NCBI GenBank assembly: GCA_048938005.1 | Contig: JBHLMQ010000002.1 | Coordinates: 64,001-128,000 of the forward strand | DNA from: Promethearchaeota archaeon | Lineage (GTDB): Archaea > Asgardarchaeota > Lokiarchaeia > Sigyniarchaeales > SOKP01 | Length of the DNA: 64,000 nucleotides | Direction: 5' to 3' | Shown here: positions 55,968 through 64,000 of the stretch, piece after piece | How the letters are laid out: each line of letters begins with the position of its first letter | Numbering within the stretch: position 1 is the stretch's first letter | Notes under the pieces: generated by a model | Database searches by the model: none | The model's input: only the letters and a program-made list of their open reading frames with translations | What the model was told of the DNA's origin: nothing | Made by a program: the position numbers and the translations under genes

Positions 55968-58097
55968 TCATTTTTTTATGCATTGATCTTTATAAATTTT
56001 ATATTCTTCGCAATTTGAACAAAATTTGGAACGATTCTCATTCCAGCATTTAGGACATAAATAATAAGTAAATGATTTATTACTTTTTTTAAGACTAACT
56101 TTAAAAATATTAAAATTACAAATAGAACAGGTAGAATTTAATAATTCTAATTTTCCATTCTTAGGTAAAGACAAAAATTTATTACAGTTTTTATCAGAAC
56201 AAACTAAGAATCTTTTATTTTTAATATTAATGAATTTCATTTGATTTTTATTACAAAATGGACAATTTGAAGATGTGAGTGGGATTGTATAATCAATCTT
56301 ATAATTATCAACTTTAGAAACTAATGTGTGTTTATTTATTAGGAACTTATCAAATAGTTGTAAAAATTCTTTTCTTGTCTCATCTACAACATCCTTCATA
56401 TTTTTTTTCTCATTTTTAATTTCTTCAAGTTTTATTTCCACCCTTTTAGTAAAGTCTGGTTTTAAAAATGGTAACCATATTTCAATTAAATTTTCAATAA
56501 TAAATTTACCTAGATCCGTTATAATATAATGAAATTTTATTCTTTCTGTTAATTCACGAGTTTTTAATAATTTTATTATTATTGGTCGAGTTGCTTTAGT
56601 GCCTAGGTGATTTCTTTCCATTAGTTTTAGCAATGTTGGATCAGTATACCTAGGAGGGGGTTTTGTTTCTTTTTGGATAAATAATATCTCCTTTATTGGG
56701 ATTTTATCACCAATGATTTGGATTTCTTCATCGTATTTCGGTTTAAGAAAAGGGGCAATTTCTAAAAATCCTGGAGAGATTAGTGATACAACTTGAGCAA
56801 TAAATGGCTCCTCTTTAATTAGGATTTTTAAGAACTGTTTTGATTCCAAAGCTTCTTCTCCAAAAAGCGCAAGATAATGACGAGCAAGAAGATCATAGAC
56901 TCTTTTTTGTAAATTGTTTTCGAATCTTGAACTATTTAGCTCTAAACTTTCAAGAGGAGTGATAGGGGGGTGGTCTCCCATATCTCTCTTTCCTTTGGTA
57001 GGCTTTATTCTCTTATTTTTTAATAAATCTATAGTATAGTTCTTAAACTGAGTATGTAAAGTAAATTTTTGTAAAATTTCACGATGATTAAAATCTGATT
57101 TATAAACATCACTATCAGTTCTAGGGTAAGAAATTATTTTATTCAAATACAAAGCATTCATGGTGCGCATTGCCACATTTGCTGAAATTCTTAAATTTTT
57201 TGTTAACAGAACTAAAGCTTTTGATGTATTCAATGGAGTTGGTGGAGACCTTTTAATTACATCTTTGGAATTATCAATAATCCTTGCTATTTTTTCATTT
57301 TTAATTTTTTGAAAAATTTGTCTTGCTTCTACTTCTTGTTGTTTTTTGAAAGGATTAAGTTGATGATGCGCTCTAAAAACACCACTTTCGTGAAATAAAT
57401 CAGCATCAATTAGAAAATAAGGTTCTGGAATAAAATTTAAAATCTCTTGTTCTCTAAGATATATTAAATATAAAAGACAGGTCTGGACGCGACCAATTGA
57501 AGTAAACCTTACTCTAAATTTATTTAATAATGGGCGTAGAGTATTTGTTAGTTCTCTAGTAGCTGAAAATCCAATAAATGCATCAATAATTGATCTTGCT
57601 TCTCCTGATTCACCCCAACTATATTTAGGTATTATTAGATTATTAAATTTATTTATTATTTCATTTTTTTGAAGGGAACTAAGCCATAATTGCGATATTT
57701 GTATATTTGGATTTGCTTGTCTTACAAATGGAAGTGCATCAAATAATCCAATATTACACCCTTCAATATCAGCATCAGTTCCTATGATACAATGATCACA
57801 CTTTTTCGCATATTCTTTAACTGCTTTAATATATTGTCCCAAACCACTGATTTGGAATTTCTTAATGGATTTCGGATTTGTTATTATTTCTCGCGGAGGA
57901 GGGTTTGCCCAACTTTTAAAAGCATCAGTATTTCTATATTCGAGGAGATGGCCACGTAAAGGAATTACAAAGATATTTTTTGAATTAATCCAATATATAT
58001 TTAATGATTTTGTTTTTTTAATTGTTTTGACTTGCCCTAATGCATTTGCTATAGCTTCTGCGGCCTTGTTTTTTTCAGTAATAATTAATGTTGCCAT
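55968..58097 (-). CDS. topA: Type IA DNA topoisomerase with C-terminal zinc ribbons
   Basis: LIITEK, GHL, TDADIEG (TOPRIM), SIGRVQT, ISYPRTD (catalytic Tyr), DHPPITP, LGTKATR and several CxxC at the C-terminus. Confidence 0.93.
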   Translation of the reverse strand: MATLIITEKNKAAEAIANALGQVKTIKKTKSLNIYWINSKNIFVIPLRGHLLEYRNTDAFKSWANPPPREIITNPKSIKKFQISGLGQYIKAVKEYAKKCDHCIIGTDADIEGCNIGLFDALPFVRQANPNIQISQLWLSSLQKNEIINKFNNLIIPKYSWGESGEARSIIDAFIGFSATRELTNTLRPLLNKFRVRFTSIGRVQTCLLYLIYLREQEILNFIPEPYFLIDADLFHESGVFRAHHQLNPFKKQQEVEARQIFQKIKNEKIARIIDNSKDVIKRSPPTPLNTSKALVLLTKNLRISANVAMRTMNALYLNKIISYPRTDSDVYKSDFNHREILQKFTLHTQFKNYTIDLLKNKRIKPTKGKRDMGDHPPITPLESLELNSSRFENNLQKRVYDLLARHYLALFGEEALESKQFLKILIKEEPFIAQVVSLISPGFLEIAPFLKPKYDEEIQIIGDKIPIKEILFIQKETKPPPRYTDPTLLKLMERNHLGTKATRPIIIKLLKTRELTERIKFHYIITDLGKFIIENLIEIWLPFLKPDFTKRVEIKLEEIKNEKKNMKDVVDETRKEFLQLFDKFLINKHTLVSKVDNYKIDYTIPLTSSNCPFCNKNQMKFINIKNKRFLVCSDKNCNKFLSLPKNGKLELLNSTCSICNFNIFKVSLKKSNKSFTYYLCPKCWNENRSKFCSNCEEYKIYKDQCIKK

Positions 58098-58288
58098 TTG
58101 ACTTTTTGAACTTAGAAAAGAATACTTTAATTTAATCTCTGAAAAAGCAATAATATTTCATAACAGATAAATAAATTTCTGGTTATTATTAAAGAAAAAT
58201 TAACTACTATAGAATTTTAATTATTATATTACAATTTAAGGTTTTGATAGTTTTTAGAAAACTGAAATTAAAAATATTATATAATAAC

Positions 58289-61200
58289 TTAAATTGGTAA
58301 TGTAAAGGTAAATGTTGAGCCTTTATTTTGCCCTTCCGAACTTGCCCAAATTTTACCTCCATGAGCATTAACAATTCCTTTAGTAATATACAAACCTAAA
58401 CCAGTCCCTGCATCCTTAATATTAAGATCTTCATTTAGATTTGATGGCATAATTCTTTCAAATTTTTTAAATAACCTTTCAATTTCATCTTTGGCTAACC
58501 CAATTCCATTATCTTTTATTTCAAAGACATATTCATTATCCTCTTTTTTTGCAGAAATCTCTATCCATCTATAGTCAGGAGAAAATTTAATCGCATTTGA
58601 AATCAAGTTAGTAAAAACCGCAAAAATACGCGTAGGATCTACATTCAACATGATTTCATGTTCAATATTTAAAATTATCTCAAGATTCTTTTCATTGATT
58701 AAATAACTCAACTCATCAAGACAATCATTGATAATTTTGGTGACATTTATTAATTCCTTCTGCAATTTTAATTCCTCTTCATCAATTTTCAAGACATCTA
58801 AAAGCTGATCCATTAAAACTTCTAATCTTTTAATATTTCTCTGGATGGTTATTAAATCCTGTGTAACTTCAAGATTTAATTGGTTCCTATATTTCATAAG
58901 GATATAATCTGTGTATCCTGAAATTGAAATTAATGGTGTTTTTAATTCATGTGCTGCCATTGTTATAAAATCATTTTTGACTTTGTCAAGTTTTTTCAAT
59001 TCAATATTCTGTTCTCTTAATTTCTTCTCAGACTCTAATAATTCTTGTTCTAATCTGAATTTTTCTGTAATATCAGAAAAAGTTCCTTCAATTACCATAG
59101 GATTATTATTATCATCTCTTATAAGATGCGCATTTACTTGTACAACAATATTCTCTCCATTTTTCTTTTTTAAAGGTACGATGTAATTGCGAATTACTCC
59201 GTTTTTTTCTAATTGTCTTCTATATTTTTCATGATCCTTCGGTTTTTGCCAAGAGAATGGAGGCGGTTGTCCAATTAGATTTTCACGGAGATCATATCCC
59301 GCTATTTTACAAAATGCTGGATTATGATATAATAGATTTCCTTCCCATTGTGCCATATAGTATCCTTCATCCAAATTGGTTATCATATTTCTGAAGTTTT
59401 CCTCAGATTCTATAAGTTGATTTTCCATTTTCTTGTTTTCAGTGATATCCCGTATAATCGTTATTACTTGGCTTACTTTATTCTCGCTAAAGATTGGAAT
59501 TTTCCGAGTTTCAGTAAAAATTTCGATATAATTTAAAGTAATACTCCCTTCAGTAAGAAGGGTCTCCCCGCTATTAAAAACATGTTCGTACTCGTCCCGA
59601 ACTTTATCAGGTAAAAATGGAAATGCTTCAAAAACATTCTGACCAACAAGTTCTTTATCAATATCTAAATTCATGAGCCAAGAGCTAAAGGCAGAGTTGG
59701 ATAAAATAATATTTAAATCTCTATCGACAACATGTAGAGGATCACTTAATGAATTAATTGTAGTACGATATTGCTGTTCAGATTCTATTAGATCTTTTGT
59801 CCGCTCTAGTACCTTCTGCTCTAATTCTCTATTTAATTTTTTTAATTCTTCTTGCGATTTCTTTAATTCTTGATCAGCAATTTTTTTCTCTGTAACATCT
59901 TGTATTATTACCTGAAAAAAAGTTTCATCACCAATTTCAACTAGAGAATCATTTATACCTATCCACATTAATTTTCCATCTTTCGATCTAGAAATTTGAA
60001 CCTCAAGTGGTTCTGGGACTATACCTTTTAAGACAATTTGGTATCTTTCTTTAAAAAGAGGTAAAACCTTTTCAGGTTTTATGCCTATATCTAAGAAATT
60101 TTGGTTGATTATTTCCTCAATTTTCCTATTAAAGAATTTTTCAGTAGCAGGATTACAATCTATTATTTTTCCTTTTCTATCAACTAAAATAATTGAATAT
60201 GGGGAACTTTCGAATAAATGACGATATTTTGTTTCTGATTCTTTTATCTTCTGCTCAGCATTTTTCTTTTCAGTAATATCCTGAATTATAGCCTGAGTAA
60301 GGGTTTTATCTCCAATTTTAACCAAGGAACTATGGATAGACAACCAAATTTTTGTCCCATTAACTCTTGTGAGTTGAAATTCTAAGGGTCCTAATCTCTC
60401 ACCTTTTAAAAATCGCTTAAATCGATCTTTCAATATATTTATGAGATATTCAGATCTTTTGAGAACTGATAAAACTTCTGAAAATTTTTTTCCAATTAGA
60501 TCTTTAATTTCTAAAACAGAGAGTAAATCACTCATAATTGAATTACAATCAATTATAATTCCTTCTTCATCCATAAGCCATATACTATATGGTGAACTCT
60601 CAAATAAATGACGATACTTAATTTCAGATTCCTTTATTTTTTCTTCGAGAGAGAATTTTTCAGTAATATTTCGTGCTAAACCACTAAATCCAATTTTTTT
60701 TCCATCTAAATCGTATCTTAAATATACCGAAGATTCACATGTTACTAAATCTCCACTTTTATTTCGAAATTGGTATTGGAAATCTGACTCTGGTTGCTCT
60801 GTTTCATATACAATTCGATATACTTCAAAAATCTTATTTTTATTTTCTTCATCTACAAAAGTCTGAAAGTTCATTCCTAACAATTCATTTCTTGGAGTTC
60901 CTTGAAGTTCACATAGGGCATCATTAAAAAAGGTGAAATTTCCATTCAGATCAACTTCAAAGTAACTTTCTTTAATATTTTCAAGTATTCCCCGATATTT
61001 TTCTTCAGATTCTTTTAATTTTTGTTCTGCAATTTTACGCATTGTAATATCTTCATAGGTAACGAGTATCCCCATTACTTTCCCCCTTGAATCATGTAAT
61101 GGAATTCTGTTAATCTCAAAACAAGTCTGCTCACCTTTTGAAGTAATTAATGATTCGATAACATTATATTCGGGAGTATCATTTTTCATAATTTCAGCTT

Positions 61201-61861
61201 CCCTATCTTGAATTATTTTGCCAGGATCCTTAAGCCAAATTAGATCTTTATCAGTTCTTCCAATAATATTCGTAGGCTCTTTTATTCTATTTAAAAGAGC
61301 AAAATTCTTATTGCATCCCATATAGACCAAGTTTCTATCTTTCCAATAGATGAGTTGAGGTATATTATCCAGTATTAATTCCAACATTTCTCTTGTTTTC
61401 TGCACAAAAGTTTTTCCTTCTCTTGTTTGAAGAAGTTTCCAAAATTGTATCTCTGGTAAAGAATCTGCTAATTCATCGAAGCGAGCGTGACTTTTATTTA
61501 AATCAAATTCAAATTTTTTAAACTTGGTAATATCCCTACAGATTAAGAACACTTTTTTAGCATTATCTTCATAATCTATGAAACTTTTTCCCTTAATTTC
61601 AAACCATCTAAATGGATTATTATCATATTTGATTTGAGCTTCTCCCATTCCATGACCAAATTTGAATATATCTTTTATTAATGTTATTACTCGTTTGAGA
61701 TCCTCTAGACGAATAAAATCATCAATTTTTTTCTTTTCGGTAAAAGCTTGAAAATTAGTATATTCACATCGGTTCTTATCATTTAGGATAAATATAAGAT
61801 CATCAATATTTTCAGAGAAAATCTGACCAATTTTACTGTGACTTTTAAACGTGCTTGTCAT
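58289..61861 (-). CDS. Cytoplasmic multi-PAS sensor histidine kinase
   Basis: About 7 PAS/PAC repeats ending DIT/NIT/DVT. H-box AAHELKTPL, N-box NLISNAIKF, DNGIG, GTGLGL and GSTFTFTLP. No TM segment. Confidence 0.95.
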   Translation of the reverse strand: MTSTFKSHSKIGQIFSENIDDLIFILNDKNRCEYTNFQAFTEKKKIDDFIRLEDLKRVITLIKDIFKFGHGMGEAQIKYDNNPFRWFEIKGKSFIDYEDNAKKVFLICRDITKFKKFEFDLNKSHARFDELADSLPEIQFWKLLQTREGKTFVQKTREMLELILDNIPQLIYWKDRNLVYMGCNKNFALLNRIKEPTNIIGRTDKDLIWLKDPGKIIQDREAEIMKNDTPEYNVIESLITSKGEQTCFEINRIPLHDSRGKVMGILVTYEDITMRKIAEQKLKESEEKYRGILENIKESYFEVDLNGNFTFFNDALCELQGTPRNELLGMNFQTFVDEENKNKIFEVYRIVYETEQPESDFQYQFRNKSGDLVTCESSVYLRYDLDGKKIGFSGLARNITEKFSLEEKIKESEIKYRHLFESSPYSIWLMDEEGIIIDCNSIMSDLLSVLEIKDLIGKKFSEVLSVLKRSEYLINILKDRFKRFLKGERLGPLEFQLTRVNGTKIWLSIHSSLVKIGDKTLTQAIIQDITEKKNAEQKIKESETKYRHLFESSPYSIILVDRKGKIIDCNPATEKFFNRKIEEIINQNFLDIGIKPEKVLPLFKERYQIVLKGIVPEPLEVQISRSKDGKLMWIGINDSLVEIGDETFFQVIIQDVTEKKIADQELKKSQEELKKLNRELEQKVLERTKDLIESEQQYRTTINSLSDPLHVVDRDLNIILSNSAFSSWLMNLDIDKELVGQNVFEAFPFLPDKVRDEYEHVFNSGETLLTEGSITLNYIEIFTETRKIPIFSENKVSQVITIIRDITENKKMENQLIESEENFRNMITNLDEGYYMAQWEGNLLYHNPAFCKIAGYDLRENLIGQPPPFSWQKPKDHEKYRRQLEKNGVIRNYIVPLKKKNGENIVVQVNAHLIRDDNNNPMVIEGTFSDITEKFRLEQELLESEKKLREQNIELKKLDKVKNDFITMAAHELKTPLISISGYTDYILMKYRNQLNLEVTQDLITIQRNIKRLEVLMDQLLDVLKIDEEELKLQKELINVTKIINDCLDELSYLINEKNLEIILNIEHEIMLNVDPTRIFAVFTNLISNAIKFSPDYRWIEISAKKEDNEYVFEIKDNGIGLAKDEIERLFKKFERIMPSNLNEDLNIKDAGTGLGLYITKGIVNAHGGKIWASSEGQNKGSTFTFTLPI

Positions 61862-62148
61862 CTTTAATGATTACCCCATTTAACTTTTTAGGATTTAAAT
61901 CATACAATAGTAAAAGAGAAAATTAACATTTTCCTATTATAAAAATTGGAAAAGTAAAATATAATTTTTATCTATTTAGAATTTTTGGTGATATTATATA
62001 TAAGCTACTCTAAGAAAAATTATCTCTCTATGGATTAATTTCTAATATTTTACTATAGAAAGAATTTAGCATTCTTAAATAACTATTTAGTAAATTCATG
62101 TTATTTATAAGAAGAACCTAAAGAATAAGTTAATGAATTATTATTATT

Positions 62149-62631
62149 TTAATCCTTAATTTTAAATATTTCTTGGACTGATTTATTTCTCTCTCTTTCA
62201 ATTATCTCCTTCCAATTTGGTTCTATTATATTGAAAGCTTTTAGTGTCAATTCTTTTATATCATCATCAGAAGAATCTAATAAAGGGCCAAGATATGCTA
62301 AAGCTCTTCTATCTTTAATTCTTGTCAAACTTTCAATTATATATATTATTCTGTATTTATCTGGATTGTATTTCTCTTGTTCCTCTTTAAGGAATTCTAT
62401 AATTCTTAATGTTGCTCTCCCGTCTCTAATTCTTCCTAAAGCCTCTATTATTTTATTGATTACCATATGATCTTTTTCAGATCTGAGAGCTCTACAAAGT
62501 AAATTTGTTGCTCTTCCATCTTTCAATAATCCAAGTTGTCGGGCAGCTTCAGCTCTTTTCTGCCATTCATCATCATGAAAGAGTTGTCTTATTAAGGTGT
62601 TAAATTCTCTATTCTTTTCATGCCAATTCAT
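62149..62631 (-). CDS. HEAT/PBS-lyase repeat protein
   Basis: RAEAARQLG..KDGRA, IIEALGRIRDGRA and IESLTRIKDRRA repeats. Confidence 0.88.
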   Translation of the reverse strand: MNWHEKNREFNTLIRQLFHDDEWQKRAEAARQLGLLKDGRATNLLCRALRSEKDHMVINKIIEALGRIRDGRATLRIIEFLKEEQEKYNPDKYRIIYIIESLTRIKDRRALAYLGPLLDSSDDDIKELTLKAFNIIEPNWKEIIERERNKSVQEIFKIKD

Positions 62632-62728
62632 AATTTAAGAATAAAATTATAATAATTATTTTATAATTTGATGATTATAGAATATAAAACTCTAATAAAT
62701 AGATAATTAACTCAATAAAAAGTAATTT

Positions 62729-64000
62729 TTATTTATTTAAAAGAGAATTCATATGATCAATTCGTTTTTGTAATAATTTTCGTGTACCTACATCCTTTCT
62801 ATGAAATAAATTACCTTTAATACACTCTACTCCTGCTTCAGCAATCTTTTCAGCTTCTTCTAATGAATTTGCAATTCCCAATACTCCAATTGCTCTTGAA
62901 GTTGTAGTATATATCTTTTCTCCTTCTCTATAAACTGAAGCATAATAATATTTTGCTCCTGTCTTATCAATTTTCTCTTTATTTATTTGAACAGATTCAT
63001 CCTTTTTGGGATTAACAGGATATCCTTCTGGAGCTAAATATTTGCACACAGTTGCCTTATTTTCAAATTTAAAGTTATGAGATAATTTTCCATCTATGAT
63101 CGACCAGCAAATGTCCACAAAATTTCCATTAAGGAGAGGTAAAACATTCATAGCCTCAGGGTCGCCCCATCGAGAATTGTATTCAATTAATTTTAATCCT
63201 GTTGCAGTTTTCATGAATTGTCCATATAAAAATCCTTTATATTCTACTCCAATTTCTGTTTTTACTGCTGCGATGGTTTTTTTCATATCTTCAAGTGCTT
63301 TATTTAAATCTTCTTGAGTAATAAATGGCATAAGATGATCTTCCATAGAATAGGAACCCATCCCTCCTGTATTTGGCCCCTCATCATCTTCATAAGCTCG
63401 TTTATGATCCTGAACTAATGGTGATCCAAGGACATTTATTCCATCAACGAAAGTTTGTAGAGTGAATTCTTCACCATCACATTTCTCTTCTAAGAGAAAC
63501 CTGCTTTTTTGATTAACTAATTCTTGACAATATTTCAAAATATCTTCTTTTGAAAATAAATGATCTCCATAAACTTTTACTCCTTTACCACCAGTTAAAC
63601 CCTCAGGTTTTACCACAATATTAATTTCTCCCATTTCTTCTATATAACTCTCTACTCCTTCCATTGAATTAAACATTTTACTCTTCACGTTTGATTGAAT
63701 CTTATATTTTTCTAGCAGTTTTCTTGCAAAAACTTTTGATCCCTCTAACTGAGCCGCTTCAATTTTAGGTCCTACGCATGGGAACCCCCCTTTCTCTAAA
63801 GCATCAACTATTCCAACCACTAAGGGAGCCTCAGGTCCAATTACAACAAAATCTATATTTTTTTCTTTACAAAATTCAATAATTTGTTTAAAATCTGTTT
63901 CAGAATGAATTTTAATATCTTTACTTAGATCTTCTAATCCTGCGTTTTTAAAACTCATAAATGTAAATAGATTTGCCCCACCATTAACAAGAGCTTCGCC
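62729..64000 (-). CDS. purD: Phosphoribosylamine-glycine ligase (5' end beyond the window)
   Basis: VIGPEAPL..G, AAQLEGSK, VVKPEGLTGGKGV, QDHKR..GPNTGGMG and EYNSRWGDPE. The frame stays open to nt 64000 (GEALVNGGANLFTFMSF). Confidence 0.96.
   Translation of the reverse strand, partial: GEALVNGGANLFTFMSFKNAGLEDLSKDIKIHSETDFKQIIEFCKEKNIDFVVIGPEAPLVVGIVDALEKGGFPCVGPKIEAAQLEGSKVFARKLLEKYKIQSNVKSKMFNSMEGVESYIEEMGEINIVVKPEGLTGGKGVKVYGDHLFSKEDILKYCQELVNQKSRFLLEEKCDGEEFTLQTFVDGINVLGSPLVQDHKRAYEDDEGPNTGGMGSYSMEDHLMPFITQEDLNKALEDMKKTIAAVKTEIGVEYKGFLYGQFMKTATGLKLIEYNSRWGDPEAMNVLPLLNGNFVDICWSIIDGKLSHNFKFENKATVCKYLAPEGYPVNPKKDESVQINKEKIDKTGAKYYYASVYREGEKIYTTTSRAIGVLGIANSLEEAEKIAEAGVECIKGNLFHRKDVGTRKLLQKRIDHMNSLLNK

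Noticed and set aside
1-64000. tRNA/rRNA genes, transposases, integrases and selenoprotein read-through
   Set aside because: No GC-rich structured RNA segments or mobile-element motifs were recognised, and no gene appears interrupted by an in-frame TGA. A covariance-model scan would be needed to exclude small RNAs.

Overview
AT-rich, gene-dense chromosomal segment whose gene content points to an Asgard archaeon, most likely Lokiarchaeia. This is inferred from an actin-family gene, Rab-like and longin-fused small GTPases, a eukaryote-like ubiquitin system and archaeal TFB. The first ~13 kb holds the tail of a RING-like protein, a ubiquitin-like gene ending GG-NL, E2, E1, a JAB/MPN+ protease, a longin-GTPase-helical-nitrilase fusion and a Rab-like GTPase. 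It ends with a ~3 kb tandem duplication encoding two single-pass membrane proteins, each with 14 extracellular FG-GAP (integrin-alpha-type) repeats and a cytoplasmic RING-like zinc finger. These are candidate receptor-coupled ubiquitin ligases. The middle is mostly metabolic: BKACE with a hydroxyacyl dehydrogenase, kbl/tdh, LLM oxidoreductases, AOR, HDAC, GNATs, SET proteins and Nfo. It also has two tandem P2-like ATPases whose ion-binding PEGL motif is replaced by a flippase-like PIN(I/L)P. Near 53-55 kb a coiled-coil, proline-rich protein with a WH2-like end lies just upstream of an actin-related gene. The window ends with topoisomerase IA, a multi-PAS histidine kinase, a HEAT-repeat protein and a 5'-truncated purD. 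I recognised no rRNA, tRNA, CRISPR array or transposase. All calls rest on motif recognition by eye; no database search was run.
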